From Candidatus Melainabacteria bacterium 17Bon1m (lineage in GTDB: Bacteria > Cyanobacteriota > Vampirovibrionia > Obscuribacterales > Obscuribacteraceae): 64,000 bases of DNA. The stretch covers positions 448,001 to 512,000 of the forward strand of contig JAVLKG010000005.1 in assembly GCA_032128875.1 (NCBI GenBank), in the 5' to 3' direction. Below are positions 56,690-64,000 of this stretch, one piece after another. Both the position numbers and the translations under genes were made by a program. Numbering within the stretch: the first letter of the stretch is position 1; every line of letters begins with the position of its first letter. The notes beneath the pieces were generated by a model. It saw only the letters and a program-made list of their open reading frames with translations, had not been told where the DNA came from and made no database searches.

Positions 56690-57985
56690 TCAGATAGCTT
56701 CGACTGTTTCATCTCCCGCCTCTGCGGCGGCTTTTTTGCGGCGGGCGCCATTTTCATCGGTCAGTTCGAGCGATATCTCATTCATGATTTCTCTTGCTTT
56801 ACCCATCAATCGCTCCTTTCTTTCCGGGGCTATTTCTGCCAGGTAAGTATCAAGTGCCACCATGGGCGATGACACTACTGATTCATTCAACTGCGGCAGA
56901 CGAGCCCGCGAGTGGCTGACTATAATTTCCGGCAGAAATTTCGCTGAAAGCGCGGAACTCGCGGCTTTTCGCAGTAAGTCTTCTCGCACATCGGGCAATT
57001 GGGTTTGATCGATTTTATAGCGCAGGCGCAGTACGCAGCCTGGCAAAATGCCTGTTTGAATCTTTTTCACCAGGTCTGCAGTTGGGTCTTCGGACTTCGT
57101 GACGTCAATGTCCAGAGTAATAAAAGGGCGAGGATTCACTGATATGAAGCGCCACTTTGTATTGCCTCTTTCCAGATCTACATGGATAAATCCTTTGTCC
57201 TGGCTTTCCTCTCCAAAGTCGACTCTTTCAAGGCTGCCTGAGTAAACGATGATCGGGTGGTTTTCTTTAATGGTTTGGAATTTGTGCACGTGCCCCAAGG
57301 CGACATAATCTACTTTCGGATGGACAAAAATGTCTGTTGGAAAAGTCTGCGTGTACCCGATAAGAAGTTCCTCTTCAATGCCTGCAGTGGCGGTATCTAC
57401 AGTCATGTGAGCAGTCACAACCGTGGCAATGTCCGGATCTAAATCCTGGAAATAGCCTGCCAGAAGCAGCCGAACATGATCGACAAGAATTCTATCCAGC
57501 TCTCTTGCCGACTTATCCGCATATTTATCCAGCGTCATGAGCTGGTGCTTGGTGAGATGCGGCAACCCCACCAACTGCATTGGTCCATTTTTTGTTTCTA
57601 GTTTGATTGAAACAGGCTGATCGACGGTGATAACGCCTGGTACTTCTAGACTTTGGAAGACGGAAAGAGAATGACTCGTTGTAGAACGAAGAATCTGATC
57701 GTGATTGCCGACGACAAGAATTGTCTGGATGTCGGCTTGAGACAGGCGACGCAACTGCCGCGCAAACATCTTTTGATAAACGGGCTCAGGTGACGCATTT
57801 CGGTAAGCGTCCCCAGAAAAAAGAAACACGTCCACCTTGTTTTCGATCGCGTGGTCGACAACTCTGGAAAGTGCTTCAACGAAGTCCTCGAAGCGAATGT
57901 TTAAGCCCGTGACCGGGTTCACCCGACCGTGCGATTCGCCGGAGCCGAAGTGAATATCTGAGACATGGACTAAAGAAGGGGGCAT
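56690..57985 (-). CDS. sbcD: SbcD/Mre11-family nuclease subunit
   Basis: Metallophosphoesterase motifs SDIHFG, GDAY, GNHD, ALGHVH, YSGSLERVDFGE. Start set at ATG 57985. Confidence 0.9.
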   Translation of the reverse strand: MPPSLVHVSDIHFGSGESHGRVNPVTGLNIRFEDFVEALSRVVDHAIENKVDVFLFSGDAYRNASPEPVYQKMFARQLRRLSQADIQTILVVGNHDQILRSTTSHSLSVFQSLEVPGVITVDQPVSIKLETKNGPMQLVGLPHLTKHQLMTLDKYADKSARELDRILVDHVRLLLAGYFQDLDPDIATVVTAHMTVDTATAGIEEELLIGYTQTFPTDIFVHPKVDYVALGHVHKFQTIKENHPIIVYSGSLERVDFGEESQDKGFIHVDLERGNTKWRFISVNPRPFITLDIDVTKSEDPTADLVKKIQTGILPGCVLRLRYKIDQTQLPDVREDLLRKAASSALSAKFLPEIIVSHSRARLPQLNESVVSSPMVALDTYLAEIAPERKERLMGKAREIMNEISLELTDENGARRKKAAAEAGDETVEAI

Positions 57986-58265
57986 GATCCTGGGATTCCT
58001 TCGGGGTGGCTGAATTGCTTTGCCGCTAATCAAGCATTATAAGCAACGATACGATGTAAAGGGTTGTTCTTGGCTGTAGGAAATTCCCAAAGATGAGCGC
58101 GTTTTTCTCTAAGATGCCGATAGTGGAATATTTCTAACCCCTGATAAACACACAATTTCACCTTTTGCTGCGAAAATCTGCTTCTGCTGTCGCGGCACGC
58201 ATGGTGCAGTGCGATGCCGGTTTGTATTTGAGTACGCGGGCGCACATTACGCACCCCTGAGTATC

Positions 58266-58958
58266 GTGGGCGAAAACCATCTTGTTTCGATAATCCTTCC
58301 GGTCTGCAATCAAGCAGACCATATTGAGCCGATTATCAATGAATACGTAAAAGCGCTTGAAAAAGTTCAATCTGCTTACGAAATAATTCTCGTTACTAAT
58401 GGCTGCAAGGATGGGTCGGCTGAAGTTTGTCGGCGGCTTGCCGAGATTAATCCTTCCATTCGTAGCATCGATAGCGAGAGCGGCGGCTGGGGGCTGGCTG
58501 TGCGTTTAGGTCTGAAGGAATCAAAAGGCGATCTCATTTGTTACACCAATTCGGCGCGCACCTCTCCTGAGCATCTGGTATTGCACATCTTGTATTCGAT
58601 TGTCTTTCCTTCAGTCGTTGTTAAAGCCAACCGCAAAATTCGCGACAATTGGCGCCGCCGCCTTGGTTCGCTCATATATAATCTCGAATGCCGAGCCTTC
58701 TTCGATTTGCCCACCTGGGATATTAATGGCACACCGAAAGTGTTTCCACGTCATTTTGAAAAATTGATGGCACTCAAACGAGATGACGATCTCATAGACG
58801 CGGAATTCAACTGGATCTGCAGGAAGGAAGGATATCCGGTCATCGAAGTGCCTGTGCTTTCCACCAAGCGTCACGGTGGAAAATCCACCACAAACTATGG
58901 CTCTGCGCTCAAAATGTATTGGGGCGCATATCAATTGTGGAGTGAGGGCAAAAACTGA
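58266..58958 (+). CDS. GT2 glycosyltransferase (DPM1-like)
   Basis: VSIILPVCNQ, NGCKDGS, GWGLAVRLG, DINGTPK. Likely GTG start at 58266. Confidence 0.8.
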   Translation: MGENHLVSIILPVCNQADHIEPIINEYVKALEKVQSAYEIILVTNGCKDGSAEVCRRLAEINPSIRSIDSESGGWGLAVRLGLKESKGDLICYTNSARTSPEHLVLHILYSIVFPSVVVKANRKIRDNWRRRLGSLIYNLECRAFFDLPTWDINGTPKVFPRHFEKLMALKRDDDLIDAEFNWICRKEGYPVIEVPVLSTKRHGGKSTTNYGSALKMYWGAYQLWSEGKN

Positions 58959-60247
58959 TGGCGCGCACATCCTCTCGTTCCAAATCTGATGAACTGGAGG
59001 GTCTTTGGGCGCGTCACAGCGCAGAGTGGCGTGATACCGCGCAGATAGCAAGTTTTTGGAAAGAGGCAGGCAACACCGATCCAGAACTCTTAAAACACAA
59101 AGTGAAAGGTGACTTCTTCGGGCTTTTGAGCAAGCTCAGAATTTCGTTGCTTGTCAGTCGTGAGTACGAGCATTTACTTTTGTGTTTGTCCTCAGATGCC
59201 GGAAAGCCGCAAATTTCTTACTTCCCTTTGCCTCATCCGTCCGGCGTGACTGTCGATCACGTTCGAAAAAGCGTATATGTGGCCAGCACGCGCAATCCTA
59301 ACCAATTATTGGAAATGCGCCCACTGTCCGGGTTTCTTCCTCGACTTGATGTCGAATCGGAATGGCGACCGGGTATACCCTGCCCGCTAATAATCACTCG
59401 CAGTTTGTATTTGCCTGGTTGTGTGTATATGCACGATCTGGCGCTTATTAACGGTGTTTTGCACGGCAATGCTGTTGGTCATAACGCTGTCATTTCTATA
59501 GATTTTTCAGATGGTTTCAAAAGAGTCTGGTGGCCCAAGTGTATTGAGAATGAGAGGGGACCAGTGTTTGAGCAAAACCACATTCAACTCAATTCGATAG
59601 CTGCAGGAAAGACGCTGAAGGATTCTTTCTTCTCCGCTTCGTCCACCAGTCTTGCAAAACTTAGACCAGGGCACGAGAAATACCCCGTCGACCGTCGCGG
59701 GGTGATTTTTTCAGGACGCACAAGAGAGCCGGTGTGCACCGGATTAACGCGCCCGCACTCTGCTCGCTTGAACGGCAAACAGTTGTTTGTTGATAATTCC
59801 GGATATGGTGAATTGGTCCGAGTGACCGATGGGAAGCCGGAAGTTGTCGCACGCCTGGGAGGCTGGACGAGAGGGTTGTGTATTAGCGGCGATATTGCAT
59901 TCGTTGGGACTTCGCGTGTTATCCCCAGATTTAAGCAATACGCGCCTGGGCTCGAGGTAGAAAAGAGTATCTGCGGAGTGCACGCCATCAGTTTGAAGAC
60001 TGGAAAAGTACTGGCCAGCTTGACGTGGGCATCCGGTAATCAAATTTTTGCTGTCGAATGCATGCCTGAGAGCTTGTCGACTGCACTACCTTTTTCTTTG
60101 AAACGTAACAGCGAGCGAGAGAAGTTTGTTTTCTACGCATTTGAGACTGATTCTGCACCCTCTGGCAAAAGAATGAAGCCGCATAAATCGACATCTGCGG
60201 TGAAAACTGGTAGATCTTCTAAGACTTTCGGTGAGGCAAAAAAATGA
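58958..60247 (+). CDS. TIGR03032/DUF4915-like protein
   Basis: MHDLA, W.P....E.NHIQLNS, GLTRPHSAR, NSGYGEL, GWTRGL, FVGTSR; overlaps both neighbours. Confidence 0.75.
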   Translation: MARTSSRSKSDELEGLWARHSAEWRDTAQIASFWKEAGNTDPELLKHKVKGDFFGLLSKLRISLLVSREYEHLLLCLSSDAGKPQISYFPLPHPSGVTVDHVRKSVYVASTRNPNQLLEMRPLSGFLPRLDVESEWRPGIPCPLIITRSLYLPGCVYMHDLALINGVLHGNAVGHNAVISIDFSDGFKRVWWPKCIENERGPVFEQNHIQLNSIAAGKTLKDSFFSASSTSLAKLRPGHEKYPVDRRGVIFSGRTREPVCTGLTRPHSARLNGKQLFVDNSGYGELVRVTDGKPEVVARLGGWTRGLCISGDIAFVGTSRVIPRFKQYAPGLEVEKSICGVHAISLKTGKVLASLTWASGNQIFAVECMPESLSTALPFSLKRNSEREKFVFYAFETDSAPSGKRMKPHKSTSAVKTGRSSKTFGEAKK

Positions 60248-61194
60248 CCAGCGATTTTCGTTTATTGATGCTGTCTGCAATGTATGAGAATGGCGGCAAT
60301 ACCACTCACCGTTTTCTCGATGGGCACCCGCAACTTTACGTTTATCCTTATGAGTCTCAACCTGGAACCCGCCTGGTAAACGACCATCTCAGTTCGATGT
60401 TTCCGGTCAAGTATCGCTGGCCCTCATTCGCATTGGATGCAAGCCCTGCAGAAGATTACAAAGCGATTATTGACGAAGAGTGCAAAGTGCGCGCGTTGAC
60501 TCCAAAAGTCAGCAAGTTCAGACATATGCCATTCGATTTTTCCGACCAAGAGCGTCAAAGACTTTACGTCGAGCACGTTGTAAGAACCGGTCGTTCACGG
60601 GCAAACAATATGGCGGCATTTTTCCAAGCAACCTTCGAGGCGTGGAAAGACTACAAGCGCAGTGGGCGCGAAGCTGTCTATGTTGGCTACAGCCCGATCA
60701 TCGTCGTCGATGCAGAAAAGATTTTGACTGATATGCCTAATAGTCACGTGCTTCACGTGGTTCGCAATCCGTGGTCTGCATATGCTGACACTAAGAAGCG
60801 CCCGGTGCCTCATTCCCTGCAGCATTACATGTTGGGTTGGACGCTTAATCAATATCATGCATTGATGTACCAAGAGAAATTCCCAGATCGCATGCACATC
60901 GTGAGAGCAGAAGATGTAATGGAAGATCCTAAGAAAACTCTAGGTGCGGTGCTGGAGAAGATGGGATTGGAAACATCCGATACGCTCAAAGCGCCTACTT
61001 GGAACGGCGAAAAACTGGAAGAAATCTTCCCCTGGGGAACGATCCGTAAAGCTACACCAGAAGCCAATATCGCAACTGCAAACGAGCTTTCGAAAGAAGA
61101 AAAGGAAGCGATTGCTGCTTATACTTTCCAATATCTCGATGTATTCGACTACAGATCGATCCTCGAGAAAAAGCTTTTGATTGCTGCGAAGTAA
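60244..61194 (+). CDS. Sulfotransferase-fold protein with atypical PAPS-binding motifs
   Basis: RFLDGHPQL..YE, HVVRNP, VRAEDVMEDP..TL match the sulfotransferase layout. The 5'-PSB loop position reads YENGGNT. Confidence 0.7.
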   Translation: MTSDFRLLMLSAMYENGGNTTHRFLDGHPQLYVYPYESQPGTRLVNDHLSSMFPVKYRWPSFALDASPAEDYKAIIDEECKVRALTPKVSKFRHMPFDFSDQERQRLYVEHVVRTGRSRANNMAAFFQATFEAWKDYKRSGREAVYVGYSPIIVVDAEKILTDMPNSHVLHVVRNPWSAYADTKKRPVPHSLQHYMLGWTLNQYHALMYQEKFPDRMHIVRAEDVMEDPKKTLGAVLEKMGLETSDTLKAPTWNGEKLEEIFPWGTIRKATPEANIATANELSKEEKEAIAAYTFQYLDVFDYRSILEKKLLIAAK

Positions 61195-61201
61195 GGGCTA
61201 A

Positions 61202-62161
61202 CTAACTGTCGTCTGCAGCTAGTTCGATCGCCATGTGCTCAATTACCGGCATCGCTTTGATCAGACCGGCGCGCAGATTGTCACAGGTTTTTTGCGCGCT
61301 TTCTACGCTGCGCTCTCCATCGACGCTGACGACCATTTCGACGCGCAGACGATGGCCGGAGAATCGTGCTTTTACGCTTTCCACGCCCTTCACTCCTGCT
61401 TGTTTGAGCGCAGTTTCGCTGATTGCAGCAAGTAATTGCGGATCTACCTCGTCGACAAGCCGTTTTACAATAGTTCCGGCTAATTCCCATCCGGCCCAGA
61501 GAGTCAAGACAGCCATAAAAAGTCCGACGATAGAATCTGTTTGCGGAAAGCCCATCCAGATTCCAGCGCAGCCGGCAATGACCGAGAGGCTAGTGAGCCC
61601 GTCCAGACGTGCGTGATAGCCATCTGCAATCAGCGCAGCACTACCGATTTCCCTGCCGATTTTAAGCCGAAAAAGTGCCACCGCTTCATTGCCTAGAAAA
61701 CCAACGAAGGCAGCGCCCAATACTGCCGGCAGATGTTGAACTTTTTCAGGATGAATCAATCGCAAAACTGATTCGAAGCCGACGATCAGCCCGCTGATGA
61801 TTATCGACGCTACTATGAAAATGCCGGCTAAATCTTCGAAGCGTCCAAATCCATGTGAGTATCGTTTGTCCGGTTGCAGCTTTTGAAGAAAAAACGCCAG
61901 CCACAAGGGAAGCGCGCTGAGTGCGTCGCTAAAATTGTGTATCGAGTCACCTAAGAGCGCCATGCTGCCGGATAAAGATACGACAACAAATTGAATTACA
62001 GCGGTCAAAGTGAGCACGATTACCGACCATTCCGTCGCCATGCTGCCGGATTCGGAGGTTAGTAAATATTGGCTGAGAGCGTCTTGAGCAGTGTTTTTTT
62101 CGTCAGGACCGTTTCTAATTTCGACACTGTCAGTACCGTCGATTTCGCGGAAACTTTGCAT
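61202..62161 (-). CDS. Cation diffusion facilitator family transporter
   Basis: SMALLGDSIHNFSD, GFGRFEDLAG, ALIADGYHARLD, C-terminal dimerisation domain. Confidence 0.9.
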   Translation of the reverse strand: MQSFREIDGTDSVEIRNGPDEKNTAQDALSQYLLTSESGSMATEWSVIVLTLTAVIQFVVVSLSGSMALLGDSIHNFSDALSALPLWLAFFLQKLQPDKRYSHGFGRFEDLAGIFIVASIIISGLIVGFESVLRLIHPEKVQHLPAVLGAAFVGFLGNEAVALFRLKIGREIGSAALIADGYHARLDGLTSLSVIAGCAGIWMGFPQTDSIVGLFMAVLTLWAGWELAGTIVKRLVDEVDPQLLAAISETALKQAGVKGVESVKARFSGHRLRVEMVVSVDGERSVESAQKTCDNLRAGLIKAMPVIEHMAIELAADDS

Positions 62162-62295
62162 ATTTTTGCGTTGGGGACCGAGCCGGTCTAGAATATCTCC
62201 TGTCTTATATAAACCCCGGTAGGGTCGTTCTAACCTGCCCTATATGGGGGATTGGTAGTTATTGGTCATTGGCGCATCGCGCAGAGGCAAACCTA

Positions 62296-63897
62296 ATGGG
62301 AAAAAAGCGCTCACACAGAGAACCGCAGCACGCACAGGCTGTGAGAAAAGGAGCGCTTGTCGAATTGACGATAACCTCCATGGCGCCGGGTGGTGAAGCA
62401 TTTGGAAAGGCAGACCAACTGCCCGTTTTCATCAGTCGCGGCGCGCCCGGCGATGTAGCTGAAGTCGAGCTTTTCGATGTCAGAAAAAAGTTTGCCAAAG
62501 GCAAGATTGAGCGGCTTATAAGCCCGTCGCCAGACCGTGCCGAACCGCCCTGCAAGCTTTTCAAAGTTTGCGGCGGCTGCCAGTGGCAACATATTTCTTA
62601 CGACAAGCAAACTGAGCATAAGACGAGTATCGTAAAACAGGCGATTGCGCACCTCGGTGGTTTGTCCGAGTCCGTTGTCGAACCTTGTGTTGCGGCGCAA
62701 GATGCGCTTTTTTACCGCAACAAAGTTCAATTTCCAGTGCGCAATCCGGCTGGATCAAACCGCATTCTTGCAGGCTACTTCAAGCAAGATTCGCATGAAT
62801 TGGTCAATATCAAACACTGTCCAGTGCAGTCCGGTGAGCTAGACGCCATGCTTGAAACCGTGAAGGAAGTACTGGAAGAATATGAGATCACCGCCTATGA
62901 CGAACGTAGTCGGAATGGTCTATTGAGGCATATTCACGCGCGACAGAGCCGTGCAGATAGGAAGATTTTGTTGACGCTGGTTTTGAACTGTGCTGAAGAG
63001 AATGAACCGGAAACGCTTGGTGAGCTGGCTGAGCTGATTATGCTTAGAGATGAAAACATCGTTGGCGTGGCGGTGAATTATAACGATCGACCGGGAAATC
63101 GCATTCTGGGTGATAAAACAAAATTGGTTGCGGGCGTCGATTATATCGATGAAGTTTTGAAGACAAGCAATCCAAAGCTGCCGAACAAGTTACAGACAGG
63201 CTTGACGTTCAAGTTGTCTCCGACGAGTTTCTTTCAAGTCAATACTGAACAAGCTGCAAGACTCTTGGAGATAGTCTATTTGCAAGCATATGGTCACTTG
63301 CCAGAAGGCGGGAAGCTGGGTGTTGTAATTGATGCATATGCAGGTGTGGGGGCATTCTCGCTCTGGTTGGCGAGCGGGTGCGAACGTCTGATTGCTGTTG
63401 AAGATTACGGGCAGGCGGTAATTGATGGGCGCATCAACGCGCAAAACAATAAAGTAAGTAATGTGGAATTCGTGGAAGGTGATGTTGCGGAGGTCTTGCC
63501 GCAATTTGCAGACATGGGCGAAAAAATCGACCTTGTTGTTCTGGATCCGCCACGTAAGGGGTTAGAACCCGAGGTGGTCAGGTCTCTTCTAGAGCTGGCG
63601 CCGCCGCGAATTATCTATGTAAGCTGCAATCCATCTACGCTGGCGCGCGACCTCAAGTATTTGGCGCAAGGATTTGTACCTGAAACCGCCACTGTGTCTA
63701 ATAATGAATCGCCTGAAGAAGCCACCGACGGCGAGGGTACGGGATTGGAGCGGCCTGCGGCAAAAGTGGCGCAAGGCAAGCCCGGCAAATTTGGGTATAA
63801 AGCAGTGCGGATTCAACCGATTGACCTATTTCCTCAGACCTATCATGTCGAATCCGTGGCGACTTTAGAAAGGGTTTTACTCGATGGTTCTGTCTAG
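62296..63897 (+). CDS. rlmD: 23S rRNA (uracil-1939-C5)-methyltransferase
   Basis: TRAM domain, C..F..CGGCQWQH Fe-S Cys motif, SFFQVN, DAYAGVG, LDPPRKG, YVSCNP.TLARD, DLFPQTYHVE. Start set at ATG 62296. Confidence 0.93.
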   Translation: MGKKRSHREPQHAQAVRKGALVELTITSMAPGGEAFGKADQLPVFISRGAPGDVAEVELFDVRKKFAKGKIERLISPSPDRAEPPCKLFKVCGGCQWQHISYDKQTEHKTSIVKQAIAHLGGLSESVVEPCVAAQDALFYRNKVQFPVRNPAGSNRILAGYFKQDSHELVNIKHCPVQSGELDAMLETVKEVLEEYEITAYDERSRNGLLRHIHARQSRADRKILLTLVLNCAEENEPETLGELAELIMLRDENIVGVAVNYNDRPGNRILGDKTKLVAGVDYIDEVLKTSNPKLPNKLQTGLTFKLSPTSFFQVNTEQAARLLEIVYLQAYGHLPEGGKLGVVIDAYAGVGAFSLWLASGCERLIAVEDYGQAVIDGRINAQNNKVSNVEFVEGDVAEVLPQFADMGEKIDLVVLDPPRKGLEPEVVRSLLELAPPRIIYVSCNPSTLARDLKYLAQGFVPETATVSNNESPEEATDGEGTGLERPAAKVAQGKPGKFGYKAVRIQPIDLFPQTYHVESVATLERVLLDGSV

Positions 63898-64000
63898 CAT
63901 CTGGAAGCGTCCCGACGGCTCACGTGAGCCTTTGCCGCCCAATTTGGTGGTTGTTCACAGGAAAGATATCTCGCCCGTGGCGGTTCAGGAGATTTGCGCC

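Noticed and set aside
56690-57985. sbcD without sbcC as a possible defence-system nuclease
   Set aside because: Looks like an ordinary SbcD. Unlinked sbcC/sbcD occurs in other bacteria, and there are no defence-type neighbours.
9108-61194. Nod-factor-like pathway (NodU-, NodPQ- and NodH-like functions)
   Set aside because: No recognisable NodA, NodB or NodC. Wzm/Wzt and GT-C genes point to a cell-surface polymer.
1-64000. CRISPR arrays, tRNA/rRNA, transposases, integrases, prophage genes
   Set aside because: No regularly spaced repeats, RNA-gene signatures or mobile-element motifs seen. Intergenic gaps are short and nearly all sequence is explained by CDSs.

Overview
Bacterial window of about 43 tightly packed CDSs, dominated by a ~60 kb cell-surface glycan synthesis and decoration locus. 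It encodes sugar-nucleotide enzymes (PMM/PGM, GalE, RfbF, RfbG-like, an epimerase), several GT4/GT-B and GT2 glycosyltransferases, seven large GT-C/YfhO-like membrane proteins and a Wzm/Wzt ABC exporter. It also has four tailoring chemistries: O-methylation (TylF family), O-acylation (AlgI-type MBOAT), sulfation (CysD, CysNC, a sulfotransferase-fold protein, two TIGR03032/DUF4915-like proteins) and carbamoylation. Best candidate for an undescribed system: carB, a NodU/CmcH carbamoyltransferase, a fused SxtJ/SxtK-like membrane protein and a membrane-anchored SGNH protein in one co-oriented run. The SxtJK-like protein ends in P-FIYTLF-stop, the same terminal pattern as the window's MBOAT (P-FIYFQF-stop) and the DltX acyl-shuttle motif. 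This suggests a tyrosine-relayed trans-membrane carbamoyl-transfer pathway (inference). Also notable: degenerate or truncated GT paralogs that keep a shared C-terminal motif, and two different intergenic motifs each present twice. Housekeeping genes sbcD, a CDF transporter and rlmD lie at the right end. SbcD/RlmD style suggests a Cyanobacteria-related lineage such as Vampirovibrionia/Melainabacteria (weak inference). I saw no rRNA, tRNA, CRISPR or mobile element. All family assignments come from motif recognition by eye, not database searches.
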